A DNA stretch of 64,000 bases from an uncultured Collinsella sp. (GTDB lineage Bacteria; Actinomycetota; Coriobacteriia; Coriobacteriales; Coriobacteriaceae). Position 1 is the stretch's first letter. The number at the start of each line of letters is the position of its first letter. The notes beneath the pieces were generated by a model. The model saw nothing but the letters and a program-made list of their open reading frames with translations, was not told the origin of the DNA and did not search any database. The position numbers and the translations under genes were made by a program. The stretch is from positions 277 through 64,276 of the forward strand of contig CATYJA010000002.1 in assembly GCA_958407545.1 (NCBI GenBank). The letters are read 5' to 3'. Shown piece by piece: positions 39,436 through 51,208 of this stretch.

Positions 39436-41313
39436 TTGCGCGTTGCATACCAAGACTGTTTTCATTTAATTGAGCCGCTGCTCGCCAAGGTCGAGAAGCC
39501 GAGCCGCTATATCGATCACGAGTGGGGTACGCTTTCCAAGGCCGATGCCGACTACCGTTGCTGCCTGATCTACCCGGATGTGTACGAGGTTGGTCTGCCC
39601 AACCAGGGCATCGCCATCCTCTACAACATCCTTAACCAGGCCGAGGGCATCTCCTGCGAGCGCGGCTATGTGCCGTGGCCAGATATGGGTGACGCCATGC
39701 GCGAGGCGGGCATTCCGCTGCTCTCGCTCGAGGGTGCAGCGCCGGTCGCTTCGTTTGATATCGTCGGTCTGCATGTGCCGCACGAGATGGCGGTGACGAA
39801 CTTCCTCGAGGCTCTCGACCTCGCTGGCATTCCGCTGTTGGCGACCGACCGAGGTGAAGACGACCCCATTATCATCGCCGGCGGTCCCTCGGTGTACAAC
39901 CCCGAGCCGTACGCGGCCTTCTTCGATGTTATCCTCATCGGCGAGGGCGAGGAATCGCTGCTCGAGACCTGCCAGTTGCATCGCCGTCTGCGTGACGAAG
40001 GAGTCCCGCGCGCGCAGATTGTTGAGCAGCTTGCATCCATTGCCGGCAACTACGTGCCGTCGCTCTATGAGGTTTGTCACGACGAGCCCTGCTCGCCGCA
40101 TGGCTACACCGTGCCGCGTGAGGGCAAGGATGCGCCGACCGTGGTCTACAAGCGCGTCGTCGAGGATTTCGGCGCCACGAATCCGCTGTCGCAGTCGTGC
40201 GTGCCCTATGCGCAGCTGGTCCACGACCGCCTGTCTATCGAGATCCTGCGCGGCTGCGCCCGCGGCTGTCGTTTTTGCCAGGCCGGCATGACGTATCGCC
40301 CGGTGCGTGAGCGCTCGGCCGACCAGATCGTCTCGTCGGTGATTCAGGGTCTGGAAAAGACCGGCTATGACGAGGTGTCGCTGACCTCGCTCTCCACGAC
40401 CGACCACTCCTGCATTCGCGACGTGCTCGGCAGGCTCAACCGTCGCCTGGAGGATACGGGTATTCGCGTGTCTATTCCGTCGCAGCGCCTGGATTCGTTT
40501 GGCGTGGATATGGCCGAGTCGGTCGCCGGCGAAAAGAAGGGCGGACTGACGTTCGCGCCCGAGGCCGGCAGCCAGCGCATGCGCGACATCATTAACAAGA
40601 ACGTGACCGAGGAGGACCTGGACCGTGCGGCCAAGGCGGCCTTCGAGGCCGGTTGGAACCGCATGAAGCTCTACTTTATGATGGGCCTTCCCGGCGAGCG
40701 CGACGAGGACATCGTGGCCATCGCCAATCTGGCCGATCACGTGCTGGAGCTCGGTCGTTCCGTGGTGCCCAAGGCTCGTCGCGGCTCGATCTCGGTGTCG
40801 ATCTCGGTTTCGGTCTTTATCCCCAAGGCTGCCACGCCGTTCCAGTGGTGCCCGCAGCTCGACTACGACGACGTCAAGCGTCGCCAGAAGCTGCTTATCA
40901 CGAGCGTTCGCAACCGTGCCGTCCGCGTTCATTACCACGATGCCGAGACCTCGCTCATCGAGGCTGCGCTGTCCCGCGCCGGTCGTGACATGACGCCCGT
41001 CATCATCGACGCTTGGCGCTCGGGCTCTCGCTTTGACGCCTGGGTAGAGCATTTCTCTCTCGATAACTGGAAGGAAGCTGCTGCCAAAAACGGCATCGAC
41101 CTCAATGAGCTCGTGCACCTGCCCTACGAGTTGGACTGGCGCCTGCCGTGGGAGCACGTGAGCCCCGGCTGCACGCGCGGCTTCCTCGAGCGCGAGTACC
41201 GTCGCTCGCTCGAGGGCGTCACGACTCCCGACTGCACCCGCACGTCGTGCACCGGCTGCGGGATCTGCCCCACGCTCCACGCCAAGAATGTATTGATGGG
41301 TGATCGCGCATGA
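39436..41313 (+). CDS. TIGR03960-type radical SAM protein
   Basis: VEKPSRY, YPDVYEVG, RGCARGCRFC (CxxxCxxC), TFAPEAG and a C-terminal C..C..C cluster. Confidence 0.9.
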   Translation: MRVAYQDCFHLIEPLLAKVEKPSRYIDHEWGTLSKADADYRCCLIYPDVYEVGLPNQGIAILYNILNQAEGISCERGYVPWPDMGDAMREAGIPLLSLEGAAPVASFDIVGLHVPHEMAVTNFLEALDLAGIPLLATDRGEDDPIIIAGGPSVYNPEPYAAFFDVILIGEGEESLLETCQLHRRLRDEGVPRAQIVEQLASIAGNYVPSLYEVCHDEPCSPHGYTVPREGKDAPTVVYKRVVEDFGATNPLSQSCVPYAQLVHDRLSIEILRGCARGCRFCQAGMTYRPVRERSADQIVSSVIQGLEKTGYDEVSLTSLSTTDHSCIRDVLGRLNRRLEDTGIRVSIPSQRLDSFGVDMAESVAGEKKGGLTFAPEAGSQRMRDIINKNVTEEDLDRAAKAAFEAGWNRMKLYFMMGLPGERDEDIVAIANLADHVLELGRSVVPKARRGSISVSISVSVFIPKAATPFQWCPQLDYDDVKRRQKLLITSVRNRAVRVHYHDAETSLIEAALSRAGRDMTPVIIDAWRSGSRFDAWVEHFSLDNWKEAAAKNGIDLNELVHLPYELDWRLPWEHVSPGCTRGFLEREYRRSLEGVTTPDCTRTSCTGCGICPTLHAKNVLMGDRA

Positions 41314-42122
41314 GTGAGCGCCTGACCGACAACCCCTCGCTCTTTAGGCTTCGTGTTCGCTATGGCAAGCGCGATCGCCTTAAGTACCTGGGCCATCTCG
41401 AAGTGATCCATACCATTGAGCGCATCGTGCGCCGTGCGGGACTTCCCTATGCCGTCACGCAGGGCTTCTCTCCGCACATGCGCGTGGGCTTCTCTTCGGC
41501 GCTACCGGTGGGTACGTCGTCGACCTGCGAGTGGTATGACCTGTTTATGACCGAGTTCGTGGCGCTCGACGAGGCGTTTGGGCGCCTGTCTGCGGCGTCT
41601 CCGGCCGATCTGGCGCCCATCGAGGCGGCGTACATCGACGTGCGCTCGCCGGCGTTGACGGCGCAGCTCACGCGCCTGTCGTATCGCATCGACCTGCACT
41701 TGGATCCCGAGGCGCCCGTAAGCGCCGACGAGGTGCGTCGTGCGATCGACACGCTGCGCGCGGACCATGGCATCGACTACGCGCGCGGAAAAAAGAGCAA
41801 GCGCTTGGATTTGGATCACACGCTCGTGGGCTATGAGCTCACGGCGGGGGAGCGCCCGGACCATTTGGTGCTCATGCTCGACACCCATGCCGACAACGAG
41901 GGCTCCATGCGTCCGGAAATTTTGCTTTCCGCTGCTGATGTTTTGTTGCAGGGCTTGACCCCGGGCGTGGATGCACCTATTGTTTCCACCGGTATGCAAG
42001 ACCTCGTGACCATCTGCTCCTACGATGTCGAGCGTCAGAATCAAGCATGCGAGGACGACGAGGGCCGACTCGTCAGCCCCATACCTGTGCGAACTTGTGG
42101 ATTTGCTCCACATACTCGTTGA
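41310..42122 (+). CDS. Radical SAM-linked protein (TIGR03936/DUF2344-like)
   Basis: YLGHLE, RRAGLP, QGFSPH and ALPVG; ATGA overlap with the upstream gene. Confidence 0.88.
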   Translation: MSERLTDNPSLFRLRVRYGKRDRLKYLGHLEVIHTIERIVRRAGLPYAVTQGFSPHMRVGFSSALPVGTSSTCEWYDLFMTEFVALDEAFGRLSAASPADLAPIEAAYIDVRSPALTAQLTRLSYRIDLHLDPEAPVSADEVRRAIDTLRADHGIDYARGKKSKRLDLDHTLVGYELTAGERPDHLVLMLDTHADNEGSMRPEILLSAADVLLQGLTPGVDAPIVSTGMQDLVTICSYDVERQNQACEDDEGRLVSPIPVRTCGFAPHTR

Positions 42123-42147
42123 CGGGGGTATTTTCGCCTGCTACTAT
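42119..42147 (+). promoter_or_regulatory. Sigma70-type promoter for rplU-rpmA
   Basis: TTGACG-17 bp-TACTAT with an extended TG. Confidence 0.6.
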
Positions 42148-42189
42148 ATTCGGCTGTTGCACTAACTGATGCATGAAGGGCAAGTAAAC

Positions 42190-42564
42190 ATGTACGCAAT
42201 CGTTAACACGGGCGGCAAGCAGTACAAGGTCGCCACCGACGATGTCATCACCGTCGAGAAGATCGAGGGCAATGAGGGCGACAAGGTCACCCTGCCGGTT
42301 ATCTTCCTCAACGATGGTAAGAAGATCGTCACCGATCCCGACAAGCTGGCCAAGGCCAAGGTTACCGCTCAGATCGTTGAGCAGTTCAAGGGCGAGAAGC
42401 AGCTGGTCTTCAAGTTCCACAAGCGCAAGCGCTATCGTCGTCTGAAGGGTCACCGTCAGCAGCTCACCAAGCTGAAGATCGTGAAGGTTCAGGCTACCTC
42501 CCGCGCCAAGAAGGCTGTCAAGGCAGAGGCTGAGGCTGTTGCCGAGGCTCCCGTCGCCGAGTAG
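42190..42564 (+). CDS. rplU: 50S ribosomal protein L21
   Basis: MYAIVNTGGKQYKV and KGHRQ. Confidence 0.97.
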   Translation: MYAIVNTGGKQYKVATDDVITVEKIEGNEGDKVTLPVIFLNDGKKIVTDPDKLAKAKVTAQIVEQFKGEKQLVFKFHKRKRYRRLKGHRQQLTKLKIVKVQATSRAKKAVKAEAEAVAEAPVAE

Positions 42565-42597
42565 ATTACACTCGTAACGAAAGAGTAGGTATACACA

Positions 42598-42855
42598 ATG
42601 GCACACAAAAAAGGACTCGGTTCCTCCCGTAATGGCCGTGACTCCCGCGGTCAGCGCCTTGGCACGAAGCGCTATGCCGGCCAGACGGTAACCACGGGCA
42701 CGATTCTCGTCCGTCAGCACGGCACGCACATCCACCCGGGTGAGAACGTTGGCCGTGGTAAGGACGACACGCTGTTCGCGCTGGTCGACGGTACCGTTGA
42801 GTTCCACAAGGGTATCAAGCACAGGGTCAGCGTACGCCCGCTCGCGAACGCGTAA
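42598..42855 (+). CDS. rpmA: 50S ribosomal protein L27
   Basis: [16 protein letters not shown] and [11 protein letters not shown]. Confidence 0.98.
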   Translation: MAHKKGLGSSRNGRDSRGQRLGTKRYAGQTVTTGTILVRQHGTHIHPGENVGRGKDDTLFALVDGTVEFHKGIKHRVSVRPLANA

Positions 42856-42880
42856 TTCACCCTTCATAGAGCACATATGT

Positions 42881-42924
42881 GGGAGGCACTTGAGTTTTAG
42901 GATTCAAGGGTCTCCCTCTTTTTT
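42881..42924 (+). terminator. Terminator-like hairpin after rpmA
   Basis: GGGAGGC.CTTGA...TCAAG.GTCTCCC followed by TCTTTTTT. Confidence 0.65.
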
Positions 42925-42928
42925 GTAG

Positions 42929-44407
<1,479 letters not shown>

Positions 44408-44410
44408 GCC

Positions 44411-45088
44411 ATGTCGCTGCGCGGTGGAATCGGTCTGCCCGAGCTTCCTCTAGAGGACGGGCGGGAGTTTAGGCTCGGCATTATGGGCGGCACATTCGAC
44501 CCGATTCATTACGGGCACTTGGTGACTGCCGAGCAGGCGCGCGAGTCGCTCGACTTGGACGCTGTGCTCTTTATGCCGGCGGGCTCTCCTGCCTTTAAGC
44601 TTGACAAGCCGGTGACGCCTGCCGAGGACCGTTATGCCATGACGGTCCTCGCCACCGCCGCGAACCCGGCCTTTTTGGCGAGCCGGTTCGAGATCGACCG
44701 CCCGGGCGTAACCTATACGGCCGATACGCTTCATGCCCTTCGCGACTTTTACCCGCCGCAGGTAAAGCTCTACTTTATTACGGGCGCCGACGCGATTATC
44801 GATATTGTGACCTGGCATGATGCCGAACGAATCGCTGAGCTTGCTACCTTTATTGCGGCGACACGACCGGGCTTTGATATCGATACGGCGCGTGCCCGAA
44901 TCAAAGAGTCGGGGCTGCCGTTCGACGTGCGCTATATTCAGATTCCGGCGTTGGCGATCAGCTCGACGAACATCCGTAAGCGAGTTGCCCGCGGCATGAG
45001 CGTGCGCTATCTTACGAGCGAGTCCGTGCTCGGCTACATTCGCAAACGCAGGCTATATGCCGATCTGGGCCAAGAAGATTTTGAGTGA
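44411..45088 (+). CDS. nadD: Nicotinate-nucleotide adenylyltransferase
   Basis: GGTFDPIHYGH, FITGAD and ISSTNIR. Confidence 0.96.
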   Translation: MSLRGGIGLPELPLEDGREFRLGIMGGTFDPIHYGHLVTAEQARESLDLDAVLFMPAGSPAFKLDKPVTPAEDRYAMTVLATAANPAFLASRFEIDRPGVTYTADTLHALRDFYPPQVKLYFITGADAIIDIVTWHDAERIAELATFIAATRPGFDIDTARARIKESGLPFDVRYIQIPALAISSTNIRKRVARGMSVRYLTSESVLGYIRKRRLYADLGQEDFE

Positions 45089-45100
45089 TGGGGGTCTACG

Positions 45101-45709
45101 TTGTCGGTAGAGGATCAGTTTGAGGGCGATGAGCGCGCGCTGCTCAAGCGCATTCAAGAGCTGCTTGATGTTCGCATGAAGGATAAGCGCAAGCGCTATG
45201 TGCATTCGCTGGGTGTTGCCGAGACCGCACTTCATCTGGCCGAGGTCTACGGCGTTGACCGCTTTGATGCCGCTGCCGCCGGCCTGATCCATGACTGGGA
45301 CAAAGTGCTCTCCGACGACGAGCTGGTCACGCGCGCTCTGCATTACGGCATTAAGATTGCCGGCTCTCCTTCCGCCGCGACGCCGCTTTTGCATGGCCCT
45401 GTTGCCGCCTATGAGCTTCCGCAGCTTTTCCCCGAGTTGTCGCCGGCCGTTTTCCAGGCTGTCGACCGTCACACCGTGGGTGCCTGCGACATGACGCCGC
45501 TCGATATGGTGGTCTTTGTGGCCGATGCCATCGAGCCCAACCGCCACGGCGACTATGCGCATGCGCTGCGCAAGATGGTGGGGGAGTCGACGCTCGACGA
45601 GTTGTTCTTCTCCTGTTTTGCGCAGGGTCTGGTCTATGTGATCCAGTCCGGGCGCTATCTTTATCCCACGGCTATTACGATTTACAACCATTACGCCCAG
45701 CTGCGCTAG
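45101..45709 (+). CDS. yqeK: HD-domain Ap4A hydrolase YqeK
   Basis: RYVHSLGV, IHD, LHG, HTVG and FVADAIEP; follows nadD. Confidence 0.88.
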   Translation: MSVEDQFEGDERALLKRIQELLDVRMKDKRKRYVHSLGVAETALHLAEVYGVDRFDAAAAGLIHDWDKVLSDDELVTRALHYGIKIAGSPSAATPLLHGPVAAYELPQLFPELSPAVFQAVDRHTVGACDMTPLDMVVFVADAIEPNRHGDYAHALRKMVGESTLDELFFSCFAQGLVYVIQSGRYLYPTAITIYNHYAQLR

Positions 45710-45736
45710 CTCGGGCTGTCTAGAAAGAGGTATTCC

Positions 45737-46192
45737 ATGGCCGACGAGACCATGACCGACGAGCAGATTCTTGAAGGTGTGGAGCACAAGAGCTTCGTCG
45801 CCACGTCCGACCGCACTGCCGCCTCGCTGTCCGCGAGCGGTGTCGCCGCCGAGGATGTCGCCCGCACCGCCGCGCAGGCCGCCTACGACAAGAAGGGCGA
45901 GGACGTGCAGGTGCTCGACCTGACCGAGCTTTCCGATGTGTGCGACTACTTTGTGCTTGCCACCGGTACCAACAACCGCCAGGTCGATTCGATCGTCGAC
46001 GAGATCGAGGAGAAGGTCGCCGAGGCTTGCGGCGAGCATCCGTTCTCCATCGAGGGCCGCGAGCAGAAGACCTGGATGCTCATGGACTACGGTTCGGTTG
46101 TCGTCCACGTCTTCACTCCCGAAGCCCGCGACTTCTACCGCCTAGAAAAGCTCTGGGGCGACGCCCCCCAGCTCCCCCTCAACCTCCTCTAG
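45737..46192 (+). CDS. rsfS: Ribosomal silencing factor
   Basis: DKKGED, DYFVLATG, W.LMDYG.VVVHVF and RDFYRLEKLW. Confidence 0.95.
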   Translation: MADETMTDEQILEGVEHKSFVATSDRTAASLSASGVAAEDVARTAAQAAYDKKGEDVQVLDLTELSDVCDYFVLATGTNNRQVDSIVDEIEEKVAEACGEHPFSIEGREQKTWMLMDYGSVVVHVFTPEARDFYRLEKLWGDAPQLPLNLL

Positions 46193-46222
46193 TAGCTCAT
46201 TTGGGATGGGGTTTAGCTACCC
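46192..46222 (+). repeat. Single degenerate copy of the 29.1-kb palindromic repeat unit
   Basis: GTAGCTCATTTGGGATGGGGTTTAGCTACCC versus GTAGCTAATTTGGGACGGGGCTTTTTTGGCTACCC. Confidence 0.7.
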
Positions 46223-46288
46223 TCACGCATATCGCCGGGCAGTTGCAGTTTTCCGCACCTGCTCGGCTTTCTTTTTGCCCAAAGGCGG

Positions 46289-47542
46289 TTAATCGTTAAA
46301 GCGGGATTGGCGGCCGAAGGAAAGGGCGGTGTCGCCGAATTTGTCTCGGACGGCGTCGATGGCGACGGAGAGGTCGCGGCGGTCGCTGGATTGGGCTCCG
46401 CGGTCATCGATCTCGCAGAACAGGTCGGTCTGGATGCCGCCTTGGTGGTCGAAGTCGCTCATGCCGATGCCCGCTAAGCGAACATGCATGCCTTCCTGCC
46501 AGATGTTGTCGAGCAGTTCGAGTGCAACCGCCACGAAGATGTTCTCATCGTCGGTCGGATGAGGCAGCCGGCGCTGTGCCGTACGCCCGCTGCCATACGA
46601 ATACTTAAGCTTGAGCGTTACCGTGGCACCCGTCAGCCCCTGACGGCGCAGGCGGCGTCCCACTGACTCTCCCAACAGCGCAATCGCCGCCTCAATATCC
46701 CCACGCTCAGTTAAATCTTTAGCAAAGGTGCGCTCGTTGCTTACCGATTTAACCTCGCGTTCCTCGTCCAGGCTCGTGACCTCAGAAGCCTCGAGTCCCA
46801 GCGCACGCTGGCGCATGCGTTCGCCGTTGACGCCAAAAATAGAGGCCAGTGTGGACTCAGGCGCGCGCGAAAGCTCGCCGAGGGTGTAGATGCGCATGCG
46901 ACGCAGTCGCTCCTCGGCCGAACGCCCGATTCCGCTCATGGCGGACACGGGCAGCGTGGCCAAAAACCGCTGCTCCGTACCGGGGCGCACAATGGTCAGA
47001 CCAAACGGCTTGTCGCGCTCGCTTGCGATTTTGGCCACGGTCTTGTTGCACCCAACGCCGATGGAGCACGTCACCCCCAGCGCCGCAACGCGGTCGCTTA
47101 TACGCCGCGCAACCAGCAGCGGGTCTTCGGGTGCAAAGCGGCCTGGCGTGATATCGATAAAGGCCTCGTCGATGGACACGCGCTCCACGCGCGGTGTCTC
47201 ATCGGCAAGGATTGCCATGACCTGCGCGCTCACCTCACGGTAGCGATCAAAGTGTCCGTGCGTCCAAATGGCCTGCGGGCACAGGCGCCGCGCCTCGGCC
47301 GAGGCCATGGCCGAATGCACGCCAAAGCGACGTGCCTCGTATGAACACGTGGACACGACGCCGCGTGACTCGGCGTCTCCGCCCACGATGAGCGGCTTTC
47401 CCCGCCATTCGGGATGGTCGAGCATCTCCACGCTCGCAAAAAATGCATCGAGGTCCATCAGGCCAACCGCTGGACCCGTCCAGGGCGGCGGCGTGACGCC
47501 CGCAGCATCCTCATAACCGTATGTATGTTCTCGTCTTTCCAT
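46289..47542 (-). CDS. dinB: DNA polymerase IV (Y family)
   Basis: DLDAFFASVE, RGVVSTCSYEAR, SIDEA and AKIAS...KPFG. Confidence 0.95.
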   Translation of the reverse strand: MERREHTYGYEDAAGVTPPPWTGPAVGLMDLDAFFASVEMLDHPEWRGKPLIVGGDAESRGVVSTCSYEARRFGVHSAMASAEARRLCPQAIWTHGHFDRYREVSAQVMAILADETPRVERVSIDEAFIDITPGRFAPEDPLLVARRISDRVAALGVTCSIGVGCNKTVAKIASERDKPFGLTIVRPGTEQRFLATLPVSAMSGIGRSAEERLRRMRIYTLGELSRAPESTLASIFGVNGERMRQRALGLEASEVTSLDEEREVKSVSNERTFAKDLTERGDIEAAIALLGESVGRRLRRQGLTGATVTLKLKYSYGSGRTAQRRLPHPTDDENIFVAVALELLDNIWQEGMHVRLAGIGMSDFDHQGGIQTDLFCEIDDRGAQSSDRRDLSVAIDAVRDKFGDTALSFGRQSRFND

Positions 47543-47743
47543 GTCATGAGTATACCGCGCAGCTCATGTTGGGTGCGTGGATGCGCTTGCAAATCGCGAA
47601 TTCTTGTCTAAGATATGGATTTGCCCTCGACTACACCGAAGAAGTTGGTCTCACGGACTTCACCTGCCCGCGTCGATGGCGTATTATGTTCAACTGTTTG
47701 TTTGTAGTTGCAGCCTAAAGCTGCTTGGTTGGAGGAGTTTCCT

Positions 47744-48085
47744 TTGGCAGTCAAGATTCGCCTTGCTCGTCACGGCGCTAAGAAGCGTCCGTACTACCGT
47801 GTCGTCGTCGCCGATTCCCGCGCCCCGCGTGACGGTCGTATCATCGAGGAGGTTGGCCGCTACAACCCGATGTCCGCCCCCAAGACCATCAACCTCGACC
47901 TCGAGAAGATTGCTGACTGGCAGTCCAAGGGCGCTCAGCTCACCGACGCCGTCGCCGCTCTGGTCAAGGCCGCCAACGAGGGTGAGAAGACCGAGACCGT
48001 CGTCAAGAAGTCCAAGAAGCAGCTCGCCAAAGAGGCCGAGGCCGCTAAGGCTGCCGCTGAGGCCGCTGAGGGCGCCGAGGAGTAA
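47744..48085 (+). CDS. rpsP: 30S ribosomal protein S16
   Basis: [18 protein letters not shown] and RDGR; TTG start after GGAGGAG. Confidence 0.97.
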   Translation: MAVKIRLARHGAKKRPYYRVVVADSRAPRDGRIIEEVGRYNPMSAPKTINLDLEKIADWQSKGAQLTDAVAALVKAANEGEKTETVVKKSKKQLAKEAEAAKAAAEAAEGAEE

Positions 48086-48088
48086 ATC

Positions 48089-48373
48089 GTGCCTGAGGTT
48101 GACGCTGCACAGCTCGAGGGTGAGGCAATGCTCTCAGATCGCATCGCCGATCTCGTCGAATATCTCGTTGTTCAGATCGTCGACGACCCGGATTCCGTGA
48201 GCCTCGAGGTCATTGATGGTGACGACGCCTCTACGATTGAGGTTTCGGTTGCCGAGGATGACGTCCCTAAGGTCATCGGCCGTCGTGGCCGTACCATCAA
48301 GGCCATTCGCACGCTCGCCCGTGCACTGGCCGCTCGCCTCGACACTGCTGTCGAGGTAGAGGTTCTGGGCTAG
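48089..48373 (+). CDS. khpA: KH-domain RNA-binding protein
   Basis: KVIGRRGRTIKAIR; located between rpsP and rimM. Confidence 0.9.
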   Translation: MPEVDAAQLEGEAMLSDRIADLVEYLVVQIVDDPDSVSLEVIDGDDASTIEVSVAEDDVPKVIGRRGRTIKAIRTLARALAARLDTAVEVEVLG

Positions 48374-48377
48374 GACC

Positions 48378-48899
48378 TTGAGGTCCCAGTACAAAAACAT
48401 CGCCCGTGTGGTCAAGCCGCACGGAAGGAAGGGGGAGGTCCTCGCGCAGCCGCTGCGGGGGCTTCCTTCTGTATTAGAGCCGGGTATGCGCGTCGCCCTG
48501 ACGCCGCCGGCGCTCAAGCGCGACCGCTTTTGCACGGTCGTGTCCGTCACCGATACGGGCGATGGCGATCTGGTCTCGTTTGAGGGCATTGACGACTTGA
48601 CGGCCGCCGAGGGCATCACAGGATGCTACGTGCTGGCAAATCGTGACGACTTTGAGCTCGATTCGCTCGACGCTGCCTATACCGACCTGATGGGTCGCGA
48701 GGTGGTCGACGAGCGCTTTGGGTCGCTCGGCTCGATTGTCGAGATCATGTCGACGCCCGCCAACGATGTTTGGGTTGTCGAGGGCGATCGGTACGGCGAG
48801 GTGCTGATTCCCGTGATCGAGCAGGTTGTGCTCGATCTTCCCGACACAGGAACAATTTCCGTCCACGTTATGGACGGCTTGATCGATATGGACAAGTAG
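48378..48899 (+). CDS. rimM: 16S rRNA processing protein
   Basis: KPHGRKGEV, ANDVW and VLIP; gene context. Confidence 0.9.
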   Translation: MRSQYKNIARVVKPHGRKGEVLAQPLRGLPSVLEPGMRVALTPPALKRDRFCTVVSVTDTGDGDLVSFEGIDDLTAAEGITGCYVLANRDDFELDSLDAAYTDLMGREVVDERFGSLGSIVEIMSTPANDVWVVEGDRYGEVLIPVIEQVVLDLPDTGTISVHVMDGLIDMDK

Positions 48900-48909
48900 G
48901 GAGGACAGC

Positions 48910-49668
48910 ATGCTGATTGAGACCCTTTCGGTCTTTCCCGAGATGTTTGAGCCCGTCATGTCCACGTCGATTTTGGGCCGTGCCCGCAAGGCCGGCCTTT
49001 TTGATTTTAAGGCGTATAACCTGCGCGACTGGACGCACGACCGCCATCGTACCGTCGATGACGAGCCGTACGGCGGCGGGCAGGGCATGCTCATGAAGGT
49101 CGAGCCTATTGCCGAGGCCATCGAGGCTATTAGCTCCGAGGGTCCCAAGCCCACCGTGGTGTTTTTTACCCCCTGTGGCGAGCCCTTTACGCAGCATGTG
49201 GCCGAGCGCCTGCTCAAAAGTGAGCGTCTGCTGTTTGTGTGCAGCCGCTACGAAGGCGTCGACGAACGCGCATATGCGTATGCCGACGAGCGTCTGTCGA
49301 TCGGCGACTACGTGCTTACGGGTGGCGAGCTACCCGCCATGGTCGTTGCCGATGCCGTCGTACGCCTCATTCCCGGTGCCCTGGGCGATGAGATGAGCAA
49401 CGTGGACGAGTCGTTCTCGACCGCCGAGGACGGAGGCCTGCTCGAGTACGCGCAGTACACCCGTCCCGCCGAGTTCAACGGCGAAGGTGTGCCTCCGGTG
49501 CTCGTGAGCGGCGATCACGCTAAGGTCGATGCCTGGCGTCGCAAGAATGCCATCGAGCGCACCTGTCGCTGGCGTCCCGATCTGATCGAGACGGCACACC
49601 TTACGCCCGAGGAACGCGCGTACGCGCAAGAGATTCTGGACGCATCGTATTCGCAGAGCGAGGAGTGA
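48910..49668 (+). CDS. trmD: tRNA (guanine37-N1)-methyltransferase
   Basis: VDDEPYGGGQGM, RYEGVDER, SIGDYVLTGGE and YTRP. Confidence 0.97.
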   Translation: MLIETLSVFPEMFEPVMSTSILGRARKAGLFDFKAYNLRDWTHDRHRTVDDEPYGGGQGMLMKVEPIAEAIEAISSEGPKPTVVFFTPCGEPFTQHVAERLLKSERLLFVCSRYEGVDERAYAYADERLSIGDYVLTGGELPAMVVADAVVRLIPGALGDEMSNVDESFSTAEDGGLLEYAQYTRPAEFNGEGVPPVLVSGDHAKVDAWRRKNAIERTCRWRPDLIETAHLTPEERAYAQEILDASYSQSEE

Positions 49669-50234
49669 GAATGGTCCCATCGCAGCATTCCGTGCTAAAG
49701 GGTGCGTTTGAGTGGATCGTGGTTGTCGCGATCGCACTGGTCGCCACTTTCTTGATTCGCTCGTTTGTGGTCGAACCCTTTGTGGTACCCACCGGCTCAA
49801 TGGAGTCCACGATCGAGATTGGCGACCAGATCCTGGCGCAGAAGGTGACGCTCGAACTGGGACAGCCTGTCAAACAGGGCGATATCGTTGTGTTCCACAA
49901 CCCCGACGGCACCTCTGAGCACGATGTTCTTGTCAAGCGCGTCATCGCCACGGCCGGCCAGACGGTCGACCTGCAGGACGGCAAGGTCGTCGTCGACGGC
50001 CAGGCGCTCGATGAGGACTATGCGACCGGCATGAGCTGGCCGCTTTCCGTTCAGGCGCCTGCTGCCCAGGTGAGCTATCCCTACACCGTCCCTGACGACT
50101 GTGTGTGGGTGATGGGCGACAACCGCGAGAACTCTGCTGACTCCCGCTACTTTGGCCCGGTCGACCGCTCCGAATTGATCGCCGTGGCGCTTGTGCGCTA
50201 CTGGCCGCTCAACCGTATCGGCGCTATCGGCTAA
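49665..50234 (+). CDS. lepB: Signal peptidase I
   Basis: TM, PTGSM (Ser), VKRVIA (Lys) and MGDNRENSADSRYFG. Confidence 0.95.
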   Translation: MRMVPSQHSVLKGAFEWIVVVAIALVATFLIRSFVVEPFVVPTGSMESTIEIGDQILAQKVTLELGQPVKQGDIVVFHNPDGTSEHDVLVKRVIATAGQTVDLQDGKVVVDGQALDEDYATGMSWPLSVQAPAAQVSYPYTVPDDCVWVMGDNRENSADSRYFGPVDRSELIAVALVRYWPLNRIGAIG

Positions 50235-50293
50235 AAACCGCTATAGTACAGTACCTAACCGTGTAATCGTTTCGACGAGGGGATATTAGAGGC

Positions 50294-51205
50294 ATGAACG
50301 CTTCATCGCTTTCCTTCCAAGACATCATCCTGCGCCTCCAGCAGTACTGGGGCGAGCAGGGCTGCGTCATTATGCAGCCCTATGACTCCGAGGTCGGTGC
50401 CGGTACCTTCCATACCGCGACCACGCTGCGCTCGCTCGGTCCCGCCGAGTGGCGCACCTGCTATGCGCAGCCCTGCCGCCGTCCCGCCGACGGCCGCTAC
50501 GGCGAGAACCCCAACCGCATGCAGCACTACTATCAGTTCCAGGTGCTCATCAAGCCCTCGCCGGTCAACGCCCAGGAGCTCTACCTGGGTTCGCTGGCCG
50601 CCATTGGCCTGGACCCCAACGACCATGACGTCCGCTTTGTCGAGGACGACTGGGAGAGCCCGACCCTGGGCGCTTGGGGCCTTGGCTGGGAGGTCTGGCT
50701 CAATGGCATGGAGGTCACGCAGTTTACGTACTTCCAGCAGGTGGGCGGCATCGAGGTCGACCCCGTGCCCGTCGAGATCACCTATGGCCTGGAGCGTATC
50801 GCCATGTACGCTCAGGGCGTCAACTCGGTCTACGATCTGGTTTGGAGCTACCTGCCCGACGGCACGCCCATGACCTACGGCGACGTGTTCCTGGAGAACG
50901 AGCGCGAGTTCAGCGCCTACAACTTTGAGGTCGCCAACGTCGAGATGATGCGTCAGAAGTTTGACGACTACGAGGCCGAGTGCCACTCCTGCCTGGAGCG
51001 CAAGCTGCCGCTGCCGGCATATGACTGCGTCATGAAGTGCAGCCATGCCTTCAACCTGCTCGATGCCCGCGGTGCGCTGTCCGCAGTCGAGCGCGCTAAC
51101 TACATCCTGCGCGTCCGCGCCGTCGCCAAGGCGTGCTGCGAGGCCTATATGGCCGAGGTCGCCGGAATCAACGAGAATGCCGATCAGGAAGGCGAGGTGG
51201 CGTAA
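50294..51205 (+). CDS. glyQ: Glycyl-tRNA synthetase alpha subunit
   Basis: [35 protein letters not shown] and EITYGLER. Confidence 0.98.
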   Translation: MNASSLSFQDIILRLQQYWGEQGCVIMQPYDSEVGAGTFHTATTLRSLGPAEWRTCYAQPCRRPADGRYGENPNRMQHYYQFQVLIKPSPVNAQELYLGSLAAIGLDPNDHDVRFVEDDWESPTLGAWGLGWEVWLNGMEVTQFTYFQQVGGIEVDPVPVEITYGLERIAMYAQGVNSVYDLVWSYLPDGTPMTYGDVFLENEREFSAYNFEVANVEMMRQKFDDYEAECHSCLERKLPLPAYDCVMKCSHAFNLLDARGALSAVERANYILRVRAVAKACCEAYMAEVAGINENADQEGEVA

Positions 51206-51208
51206 GCC

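Noticed and set aside
50235..50293. Possible T-box riboswitch before glyQ
   Set aside because: The spacer is only about 60 bp and has no T-box motif or terminator.
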